From Basidiobolus meristosporus CBS 931.73 (taxonomy: Eukaryota; Fungi; Basidiobolomycota), in the NCBI GenBank assembly GCA_002104905.1, contig MCFE01000105.1:1-64000 (forward strand): a DNA stretch of 64,000 bases, written 5' to 3'. Every line of letters starts with the position of its first letter. The stretch's first letter is position 1. Both the position numbers and the translations under genes were made by a program. The notes under the pieces were generated by a model that was not told the origin of the DNA, ran no database searches, and saw nothing but the letters and a program-made list of their open reading frames with translations. Below, one piece after another: positions 1-10,734 of the stretch.

Positions 1-47
1 CAATTGCATCTGCATTTTGCATCCACTAACACTGGCTCTGGCACTAG

Positions 48-1665
48 TTAATCAACCCCTTCAGAACTGGGAAAATCGTCATGTTCCAAGTCACTTACAA
101 CCATGAATGGCGCTTTTTCGAGATCATTTGCTTCTTCCTTATTGGTGCATTTGGGGTATTACTGAGTTACAGCGGATTCTTAGCGAAGCAGCCGTACTTA
201 CAACCATTACCCTCTAGGGACTCTTCGGAGCATTGTTCATCAAGTGTAACATTTGGTGGGCCAAGATCCGAGCAACCAAGCTCAAGAATTACCCCGTCCA
301 CGAGGTTCTGGCATTGGTTATGATCACCTCGATCGTTAGTTATTGGAATATCTTCACCAGGTAGAAGCATTCCGGATTCAGTATGCCCTTCCCATCAAAA
401 ATAACCATTTTCGTCGGCCTTTAGAATGGGTTCTGGTGAGCTGGTCACCAACTTGTTCAAGGAATGTCAAGATGAGCACCAGGGTGATTTGGAAGGGCTG
501 TGTGTGAACGAACCCGAACAATTTGGACCAGTCGTTGGAATGCTTCTGTATGCCATGCTTATCAAGATCGTGCTCACCATCTTTACATTTGGCTGTAGAG
601 TAAGTGGTCAGCATGCTGCACTTGTGGCAACCCTACTGACTCGAAAACCCAGGTTCCGTGCGGGATTTTCATTCCTTCCATGGTTGTAGGGGCATCCTTC
701 GGCCGAATTGTTGGACTCGGAGTCCAGTACCTTCAATTGTGAGTAGATTCTGCACCTTCAATGGTATTGCACCATCACTCACCCCCCATACAGGGTGTAT
801 CCAGATCTACCAGTATTCAGTTCATGCACCGATGCTGCCAACTGCATCAACCCGGGTGTCTACGCGATTATTGGAGCAGCAGCAGGCTTGGGTGGGGTTA
901 CTCGCATGACCGTCTCACTTATTGTCATTATGTTCGAGCTTACTGGCTCTCTCACCTACGTATTGGTAAGGCAAAGTCTCATGCTGGTGTCCCATGTAGC
1001 TGCTAACTCGCCTCTCTAGCCTTTGATGATCTCTATTCTGGTGGCCAAATGGACAGGCGATGCCCTGGTTCCAGGAAGTATTTACGACTGGCTGATTGAG
1101 GCCAACGGACACCCCTATCTTGACTCGAAAACGGAATACATTCATCTTGGCCAAACTAACGATATTACGGAGCATGACCTTCAGGTGATCGATGTGAACG
1201 AATCGAACACTGTGAGTGATCTCCGTAAGAAACTGGCCAAAATGGCCAACCATGGCTACCCGGATGGGGGTTTTCCTGTTCTCAATGGACAGCTTCTTAT
1301 TGGCTACATAGCTTGTAACGAACTGGAACATGCCTTGGACACACTCAATCCTGATGACGTCAACGCCCACTGTTATTTCAGCAAAACATTCGATGGCTAC
1401 GAGGATCATCTGGTGGATCTCACTGCCTACATGGATCAGGTAACTAACAACTTGCGTGACGTTCGATGGCAGCGCAGCTAATGCGACTGGTTTGTAGGCA
1501 CCATTGACCATCTCGGAGAATTCTTCCATGGAGCTAGTCTTGGAGCTCTTCTCCAAGCTCGGTGTTCGCTATGTCTGTGTCGTGTCTCATGGACAGTATG
1601 TAGGTATGATCCACAAGAAACGCCTGCTAGCCTATCTGAAGGAGTACGAGCAACAGCATCATTAG
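48..1665 (+). CDS. GEF1: CLC voltage-gated chloride channel/antiporter (Gef1/ClC-3-like), 3' part only; 5' end lies outside the window; multi-exon
   Basis: Spliced translation gives [35 protein letters not shown] (GIFIP signature), [29 protein letters not shown] and two C-terminal CBS-type domains. GT-AG introns include 156-217, 361-423 and 600-652. Stop TAG at 1663-1665. Confidence 0.93.
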
Positions 1666-1722
1666 CTTGATTAGAATAGCCTGCTATCCTACCTGAAAGA
1701 GTACCAGCAACTGCACCATTAG
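1623..1722 (+). repeat. 43-bp diverged tandem duplication of the CLC C-terminal codons and stop
   Basis: 1623-1665 versus 1680-1722 match at 37/43 positions; they read [13 protein letters not shown] and LLSYLKEYQQLHH*. Confidence 0.9.
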
Positions 1723-2174
1723 TCTAATTAATTTCTCAAAGCCCTTATGTAACATTATTGCCAATTTAAATATCTCCTATCTCGTCAATCACTGACTTAG
1801 AGTCTTCCAAAAATAAGTAAAATTAATTCAACAAAAAGGTGCGATTGATCCCATGTTTCCACAGAGTGTGCCAGGCTGTTGTCACCTTGCATTGCTCGTG
1901 ATCACCTATGCCTCCTGAATCTCTCCCTCAGATTGATCGATTAATCTGCAGACTGGTTTTTTCAGCACATGACTCATTCAATTCATAGTCAACACCTGCG
2001 TTGTCAGTCACAAGAAGCCACCATTATTTCTTTACCTGCCAGAGAAGTTCTACTGGTAAGCTCCTTCCCATTCAACCAGTTCCCTGCGAAGAACTAACCG
2101 CACGTAGAGCACCGAGTTTCTCCTTTCTGTATCTGTCGCCGTTGCTGACCCGAAGTCTTTGGAAGTCAATTTAC

Positions 2175-3746
2175 ATGGAACCTCTGTACAAAGAATACGT
2201 CCTTGGTCTCTCATACGCTTCTTACATTTTTGTTACTTATCTCAAGTAATCCAATGAAACCAGTTTTCTCTATTGCTGCCAAGTTCCACCCCCTAATCTG
2301 GGCCTTCTCTCCCCACGTATAGCTACCGTCAACTTCGAAAGCTCCATGAAGGCCGTCCGAAGATATTGACCAAACTGGTCACCCCTGAGGAGTTTGACCG
2401 CTTCACCGCCTACAGCATCGACAAAAGTAAATTCTTGTTCCTGGGAGATGCTTTTTCTCAACTACAGAACACCGCGGTAATCTACTTCAATTTGCTGGCC
2501 TGGCTTTGGAATGTGGCTGGTCGCTGGCTATCCTCTGCCGGCTATTCAGGTGGAAGTGAGGTATCGTCGTCTATCTGCTCTTCCTTCTTCTTACTGATGC
2601 TAAGCGTGCCTCATAGATCTCTCAGGGTGTAATCTTTTTCCTCTTGATATCCGTCATAAGCTCCATCACCGCCCTGCCCTTCAGCCTGTATAATACATTT
2701 GTCATAGAAGCCCGGCATGGGTCCAAAACACTGACGATAGGCTCGTTCTTCGTAAGCGGCATCAAAGGCTATTTATTTGGCGGTGCGGTCGGAGTCCCGT
2801 TAATTGCTACTTTCTTGTATATTGTTCAGTGGAGCGGCGACCGGTTCTACTTCTATGTTTGGATGTTTGCGTGAGTAGTGAGGATCCTCAATACTCCCAT
2901 CGAAGGCACCCGACTTACCGTTGCATTTCAGTTGTCTGTTTCAGTTGGTGATGGTCAGTTTATACCCGACTCTGATCCAGCCGTTGTTTCATGAGTGCAA
3001 GCCGTTGCAAGATGACGAGCTGAAGGGCCACATCGAGAATCTGGCTCGGCGGATTGGCTTTCCGCTGGGCAAGATCCACGTTGCGCCCTCTGATCCGAAC
3101 AAGCACACCAACCACGGGTACAGCTATTTCTTCGGCTTCTCGCCCAACAAGCACATAGCAATCTTCGAGAGCACTCTGAAAGACACCACCAGGGACGAGG
3201 TGTGCGCACTGCTGTGTAAGTGTCCACCCGTGCATTCCAGACGTAGCCCCACCCTAACCCTCACTAGGTCATGAGTTCGGCCACTGGAAATACAATCATG
3301 TGATGAAGCTGTTTATCATCCACCAAATCCATCTGTTTGGGATCTTCTACATCTTCAGCCATTTCATCAACCACTCGGGGTTGTATCGAGCGTTTGGGTT
3401 CGAGTCGAAGCCAGCGCTGGTCGGGTTCATGCTCTTCCAATACATCTTCTCCCCGTTCGAGGGGCTGGCGACCTTTCTGACGAACGCACTGTGCCGAAAG
3501 CAGGAGTTCCAAGCAGGTAATCCATCCACATATTTTCCCAAGCCTCCACAGTACTCCCCTAACCCATTTCCGGGCCAAGATGAATTCTCCAAGCGTCACG
3601 GATACGGCGAATCGCTGAGGGCCGGCCTGGTGCGACTGAACAAACAGGACTGCTCCAACCTGAACCTGGATAGCTGGTACTCGACATACCATTACTCGCA
3701 CCCGCCTCTGGTGGACCGATTGAAAGGCTTGGTGAAAACCGAATGA
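2175..3746 (+). CDS. STE24: Ste24/ZMPSTE24-like CAAX prenyl protease (peptidase M48), divergent paralogue; 6 exons
   Basis: Begins MEPLYKEYVLGLSYASYIF..YLNYRQ, then LPFSLYNTFVIE, LYPTLIQPLF, zinc motif HEFGH (across intron ~3216-3268), EFQAD and YHYSHPPLVDRL. Introns at ~2246-2312, 2561-2616, 2873-2930, ~3216-3268 and 3517-3579. Confidence 0.88.
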
Positions 3747-4201
3747 CCCGAATTCCCCGACTCTCTCTCTCGCTCTCTCTCCTTCTCTGATACCTGGCCT
3801 TGAACCGTAATCTATGCGTATGTTGTAATTGACGATGTAATGTGACATAGAATAAATCGCTCCAGCTAACAAGCCACCAGAGGGATGTTTCACAGATGCA
3901 TTCATTAAGTTTGAGATTGTGGTTGTGATCCAGATACACGACAAATATAGGGTAATTAGGCGGATGGATACGAACGTTTGGCTAGGAAATTTAAGGACTA
4001 GTTTGGTTCAATTTGTAGGATGTTCTTTAGGAACTTTCACCTCTATAAATGATCCGAATTAGGGTGTACGGTCGGTCGCTTTCTTTTTAAGTTATCTTTA
4101 ATTTGGTTGCAAAGCGAGGACTACTTGACACTCCGTCTCTCGTCCCTTCCCTTCCCTCCGAATACCTGCAACCGAGCTCACTTCGCAGAAGGTGCGAGTC
4201 C

Positions 4202-5199
4202 ATGAACCACTCCATTTCCCCACAGTCTCCCCTATCCTATACCTCGTGTATGGGTTCGAAAACGAGCGGCTCTCAGGTGGGGTTCGGCTCAAACAGAGAG
4301 ATAAAGCTCGACCCAAGAAAGTCCGCCAGGAAGCCTGTGACTGTGGTATACCAAAGAGGAATATCTCCTCCGTCTGCACCACCTTTACTCATTCCCGTTT
4401 GACTTCTTAATGCAGCCGAAAATGAAGAACCTATATCGAGTGTTCTCCGTGTTAGAGGTGGACGATAGTTCTCTGTATATCCTGGTGTGGCCGTAACATT
4501 GACCTTGATACCTTTTCCAGGAAGAATCCCGTCCTTCAGAGAAGGAGATAGCCCACGAACAGCAGGTGACCCACTTGTTGAGAAACGAGCCAGACCCCAC
4601 ATTGAATGATAGAATGGAAGCAGAATTGGATGCAGTGGCTGGAGCTGGGACTTCAGGGGTAAGTGGAAGAGTATGCTGATTGAGGGAGAGCTGGACAACT
4701 TACCATGGTATGGCAGTTTTGGGAAATATCGATGTTCAATCCGCTCTCCAGTCCAACCTATCTTCCTTCACGACTCAACCCCGAGAGCGAGGTAAGCCCA
4801 CGGCTGGCCATATTTCATTGCTTGATTCTGACGGATACCAGTATTTTTACCACGATACGAGCACCTATCCTTCCCCCACATCGTCGTCCACCTCCGTGTC
4901 ATCCAACGCAAACCCCCTTGGTGCAGGTCATAGAAGTCCAGCTAGCCTGCGTGGTAAGCGAAAACGTACGTAGACGTTCGGTGATACCCTACTTCTCGAG
5001 CTAGCTTGTACTAAATCGGATCTCCAAAGTGCTAGAGGAAAGGTTCGAGCCATACTCGAGCATGAAACGACGTGCTCTGTCCCCGACCGCCAACAGCCCT
5101 TCGCCTACCAACGCCGCAGCTAGAATCCACATCAGGACAAACTCCCTAATTAATATTCAATACACCAGCGCGTCTTTCAGCCAGCTAAGCTTGTCTTAG
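4202..5199 (+). CDS. Hypothetical ~230-aa Ser/Pro-rich protein with FAM122/PABIR-like motifs; 6 exons; start uncertain
   Basis: Five 50-70 nt GT-AG introns (4346-4415, 4458-4520, 4659-4716, 4792-4841, 4966-5029) join into one open frame: ..RKPVTV/PKMKNLYRVFSVLE/EESRPSEKEIAHEQQV..GKRK/LLEERFEPYSSMKRRALSP..QLSLS*. The ORF track does not show it as a single ORF. Confidence 0.72.
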
Positions 5200-5419
5200 G
5201 CAATTGGCCATCTGTTCCCTGTATAGCCCTTCATGAATGAATAGATCGACGGGATTTTTATTCGGTTTAACCCAGCATCAGTCTGGGCATGCATATATAC
5301 AAGCAGGATTGCGTGGCTTAGAATCTCGCAAACGACCACTCTATCTGTTTTGAAATGCGTAGAGGAGTCAAGTGGCGCGAATTGGATCCTTGATCACTCT
5401 AACGCTGTCAACTCCTGTA

Positions 5420-8400
5420 TCATTCTTCTTCGTCCTCCTCCTCCTCCTCTTCCTCTTCGTCGTTGTCGATGTCAAAGACACATATGTCTTTTTGCTCAGA
5501 AGAGAGTACGCCGATGATTCTTCGCGACTCTCTGCCGTTGGTGACGATCCCATTTGCCTGATTCACCTTGAGATTCCTCGCTCGCTCGGTGGTGAAACGA
5601 GTTGGATGGATTTTCATCTAGGTCGAAATAAGTCAATAAAGCAGCACTCACCCAAGTAACCACTATGCACACTCACTTTACAAAGCTCCAGTATCGAGGA
5701 GTCTTCGAACGAAGCGGTTCCAGTCGTGTAGTCTAGTTCTCGGAACTCAACAAGCTCCAGGTAACATGCTGGTTGCTCTGCAGACCATTCCATCGGACCG
5801 TTAGGAGGGGCATACAAGGGGGGCGGAAGCTACGAGGCTGCTTACCGTTCTCGTCTCTTCTCTGCATCAGAACCGCCAGTGATTGATCATCAAAGAACTC
5901 CATATCAAGCAGCGTGGCCCCTGGCTCTTCTATCGATAGACCAACAAAATCACTGCGTTGCGTCGATTCAGTGGATAGCTTTGTTCGTACGATCCAGACT
6001 GGTGGCCAGGGATTAGAACTCGCTTCACGCCCAGATTCAGCAAGGTTACTTACTTGTAGGCTTGCATTCATTCTCATTACTGCCGGGCAATGAGTGGAGC
6101 GCAAGATATTCATATGTGGCCTTTTCCTAAATATGCTCGTGAGTGGGCGGCACTTCGCAAGAACACAACCGTGCATACCTCGTGGACTCCCCTGGAGGCC
6201 ATGAGTAAATGGCCTTGTTTGCCAAACTCTGTGGCGCAACAGAAATCGACGCACTGGGATTGAAGTAAAGTAAATCGGCTCTGCTGGAATGTATCTCCGA
6301 TCAGCTTGGCGGGGACATCCAGTAGTTGTTTACAGCGACCATCCAGCACTTGGAAGAGGTCACGGACACTGACGAAGCGCAGGTCACAATCGCTCAGTAT
6401 CTCCTTCGGGAAGGTGAAACTGTGCGGGTATAAGCAACTTGCCCTTTTCGTATTGTTGCGCTTCTCTAGCTCCTCCAGGTACCGGGCCATGCTGTTTTGG
6501 CTCATTTTGGAGAAAAAGCCAGCCAGGCAGTCGTTGGTTAACGAGGTTTGCAGAAATTCGGCCACCTTCAGGATGTCCACGGGTTGATACCTTATTGGGA
6601 CCGGCTCTTCAGTGGGCATGATTTTCTGTAATACTACGAAGCAAGATCAACCAGCTGCCCTGGTCTAGGCAAACCATTTCGAACTAGCCGTACCATTTTG
6701 CAACCATTTCGTGAAATTCAGGAATTTCTTCAGTTCCGCATCAATCGTCAGCAACAGCTCCTCCAATCTACCGACAAAGTTGCCCACGAGCATGACACAC
6801 GAATGCACCGTTTCTTCATGCAGTCCAATGCTGGTATATCGCTCCTCCCTGGTATAAATGGAGGTTGATGAGCAACGGCACACTGGCAGGCGTTGGCGAC
6901 GAAACAAACCATCTACTCAGCCCCGCTATCTCATCTAGGTATAGGATCAGTCGGATACAAGCAGGCTGTACATATTCATGTGCAAAGCTACGGATGCCAA
7001 TGAACCCGTTTTCTGTGGTTTTCTCCCACTTTCTTAGCCCCTAAAGCGACAAGGTTACCAAAGAACCACGAAACGGCCATTCGAAGAGTAGTTACCTTTT
7101 CCGTTAGATCTTGTTGCATAAATTGATTGAGACAAACGCTCGGTGATCCTTTTGCCAGCATGTTGGCGAACTCGGCGACTGGGTTGGAGTCCACTGAGGC
7201 ACAGGAAGTCTGTTAGAACCCTCGCATTTAAACAGTACCCAGCCTTTCTAACCTCCTTGGTCTATCAGTATCTGTTCCAAACGTTCCAAATGTTTCTTGG
7301 ATAGATTGGTGACTCCGAGGTACTCCTCCTCCATTCCCTTGATGCTCTGCTGGATGTAGTTGAGAAGAAAGCTCACCTTTGTCGATATCGAAGAAAGCGA
7401 CCGAATCTCCCTCTTTCTCGAGTGTAGTAATCCGGTGTCGAAGGAGATGGAGAAGGAGCAACCAAGTTTGGAATCGCCGTTGGGGTCGGACAAGCTTGAG
7501 TATACCAGAGTGAAGACAGACAGGTCGTGGGAAGCGCAGCCTTCAATTGCTCTAAATTTCTGAGAGCGTGGTGAGTGGAAGCCACCGAGAGAAACAAACC
7601 GTCGAATACCTTAGCTTCGGGAACCGCGTATTTCTCGGTGGACTTGGACCCAAGGTCGAACACGCCATACACACTAGATAGGATTGGTTTGTTTAGCCAC
7701 AAGAACCATGCTCCATAACCAACCGTCCGTACCTCGTGTAGATATTTCCGAAATCATCTGCTGCTATCAGCAAGTTTATGGTGTCGCTGTCTTTCTCGGA
7801 TTCATCGAACATATCCAGCGCCGTGTCTTTTGGTTTCGTAGCAAATATGCTACCACTAAAAGGCCATTATTTGAGCCATAGGCGCAGTTAACACTGTTCA
7901 GTATGATCGAACCTGGATCTGTTGTGGGGGATAGCGCTAAGTTGCGGCAAATGCTTCACGATGTGCGAGTGGCTATTGATGGAACTCTGCAAAAGAAGTG
8001 GTTGTTGATGGCAGTCCTCAGGCTCGCTTTTCTTCGTACACTTACCTGATTCCCCTGAGCATTTCCCGCTTCTTCAGCCCAATACAAAAAGGAAATGGGG
8101 TTTTTGGCCGCTTCCGAGTTTGAAAGCTGTATCTTGTGGAGGATTTGCGCTGAGCTCACGTCGTAGAGCGACACCGTGCAGTTCGGATAACCAACGGCCA
8201 GGACCTTCCCTAATACCAGGATTGTTGTTAAACCATGGCTCGTCGTTCAATCTACGCCAAGAGCGCAAGGAGAAAGACCTACCGTCAGGTCTCCAGGTCA
8301 ATGCAGTTGGTTTGCTTTCTCCGGTGTGCGATACAGACCAAACTTTTTGCCACGACAAGCGCCACAAGGAAAGCTCGCCAGTATATGTTATGAGAGCAAT

Positions 8401-8496
8401 CAAATCCATGGTCGGGCACCATGAATAAAAGCACACCGCCTCGGGGAGTCTCTTCTGACCAAGTGGAGTGAAGGTTTTCTCGGCATCGGGCACCAT
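5420..8496 (-). CDS. APC4: Anaphase-promoting complex subunit 4; multi-exon
   Basis: N-terminus SWCPTMDLIAL..LSLWRLSWQKVW..LTWRPDG matches the ANAPC4 WD40 start. A helical middle follows, and the C-terminus NGRESRRIIGVLS..VFDID ends in an acidic tail. Confidence 0.88.
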
Positions 8497-8802
8497 GTTG
8501 AGTCTACTGAAGAAGTGACGAAACAAGACTCACTTTTTGCACGGTGAGCAGACACCCAACTTGTTTATTATTGTCCTATAAACAACTGTTTATTTGGAAT
8601 CAGAATTCACGGAGTATTTCTTGACATCACCCGCACTCAAGAATGGCGGGTAGAGTATTCCGAAATGCTATCCTCGTGATCCTGAGGGATCTCCAGTCAC
8701 CAGTGGCTAATGCAAATTAGTAGTAGCGCAACCATGAGTACGTAGCTACCAGTGCTTAAATTTAACATACGCTTCACGTAGTGGAATAATAAGGTTTTCT
8801 AA

Positions 8803-10376
8803 ATGAACAAAATCAACCATGAGGCTCTGCTCACTATAGAGCAACCATTCGTAAAAGTAACTCGTAGTTGCCAAGCATCTCTTGTCCCAGTGGTTAATCT
8901 CTCTCCACCCAGGTACCATACGAACAATTGAAGAAAGCCTTCAGGGTTTCTCAGAAGCACATTGAAAAGGAGATCACAGTGCTTACTCATTCCGTTGGGG
9001 ATCTTTTGAAAGCTGCCAACCAGGGTAAGGTCAATGCTGACGAGGCTGTCAAAGTAATCGACAACTCTATCCAGAGGCTGAAAACCTTGAAGCAGAAGGT
9101 ACCCTTTTCCGCGGGATTTAAGTCACCAGAGTCAACCTACTCACCCGAACCTTGCTTGTAGCTTCAAGATGCAAAACAGGAAGAGCTTCTCTTCACAAAA
9201 AGAAGCAAAGCTCGTTTGCAACACCTTTCGGAGCTGAACCAGATTGTGTCCTATAACGACGAGGCGTACACGCGTTGGAGTAGAGTCCGATTAGATCGTG
9301 TCCTGGTCGACTTCATGCTACGTTCAGGTTTTAGCGAAACCGCCAAGGCGCTGGCCAAAGATACAAACATCGAGGTTCCGTTTATTCAATCCCCCCTGGG
9401 TCCTGGCCACCTCGCTAACTCCATAGTCGAATCATACAGGAACTTGTGGATACCGAACTGTTCATCCAGTCCAAGAAGATCGAGGAAGCGCTACAAAAGC
9501 ACAGTTGCACAGAATGCCTGCACTGGTGTAGTGAGAACAAGACGAGCCTGCGTAAGATGAAGGTAGTGTGATGCTAGCGCTAGGCTGGTCCATCCATCTT
9601 TCTAACCGGGCTGAATTAGAGCACGCTGGAGTTCAATCTCAGACTTCAAGAGTTCATTGAGTTGGTTAGAGCACGAAGAACCAGCGAAGCTATCTCGTAT
9701 GCACGCAAGCATCTCATTCAATGGACCGATGCCAATATCAAAGAGATCCAACAAGCGATGGCACTTCTGGCCTTCAAGCCAGACACCAAATGCCAGCCCT
9801 ACAAAGTAAGTATGGCATCGTATGGGTCCGACTGGGAAACAATCTCGCTTACATCCCGACCTCCACTCCTCAGAAACTCTTCGACGAGAACCGGTGGGTC
9901 CATCTCGTGGAGCAGTTCCGCAACGACAATTTCAGCCTTCATAGCCTGACTTCGGAGCCTTTGCTCTCGGTCACTCTACAAACCGGTCTATCTGCGTTGA
10001 AGACGCCCATGTGCTACCAGCATGAAAATCGCAACATCAACTGCCCAGTGTGCGCCCCCGACACACTAGGTGTGCTTGCACAGAAGCTACCCCTATCACA
10101 TCATGTAAATTCCACCATCGTATGCAGAATCTCCGGGGAGATCATGAACGAAAACAACCCGCCCATGATGCTTCCCAACGGATACGTCTACTCCTTCAAT
10201 GTAAGTTCGTCTAGGTCCGTCGAAAGCAGCGTCCGACCAACTAACCCCTCTCTCTCTCTCTCCACATTGCACAGGCCCTCAAAGATATGGCGGCCAAGAA
10301 CCAAGGCAAAGTCAAATGTCCACGCACCAACGATACCTACGAGTTCTCCGAGCTTAAGAAGCTCTTCTTGACTTAG
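8803..10376 (+). CDS. FYV10: GID/CTLH E3 ligase subunit FYV10/GID9 (MAEA); multi-exon
   Basis: EQPFVK/VPYEQLKKAFRVSQKHIEKE, LisH (RLDRVLVDFMLRSG), CTLH (LEFNLRLQEFIELVR), CRA, and degenerate RING (LPLSHHVNSTIVCRISGEIMNENNPPMMLPNGYVYS..CPRT). Confidence 0.93.
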
Positions 10377-10547
10377 CGTACTGATCCACCTGACCGACTT
10401 ATTTGTATAATATATTAATATCGATGTTTATTAAAAAATGGGCCATTCAAACCAAACCAAACCAAACGTCATGGTTTCCAGTTGATCTGATGCGGAGAGG
10501 TAAACAAGCCGACTGGAAAAAAAAAATATGGACCAGGTGGGCGGGGT

Positions 10548-10553
10548 CACGTG
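10548..10553. promoter_or_regulatory. CACGTG E-box next to a GC-box-like word upstream of CCT7
   Basis: GGGCGGGGTCACGTG lies ~180 bp upstream of the CCT7 ATG. Motif match only. Confidence 0.3.
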
Positions 10554-10734
10554 AAGATCCTTCGGCGAGCTTCCTTGGCCACCGAGAAAATCTGATCCCC
10601 CCCCCCCAGGAAGGGATTTTTCTCGGCCAGTGTAGCAAAAGCTATTCGAGTATTCCAAGAGGTGCTTATCCGACTTGATTTTCAAGAGACACTTGCCTAC
10701 AACCGACTGTGCATTTCTTGTTTCTATCACCAAG

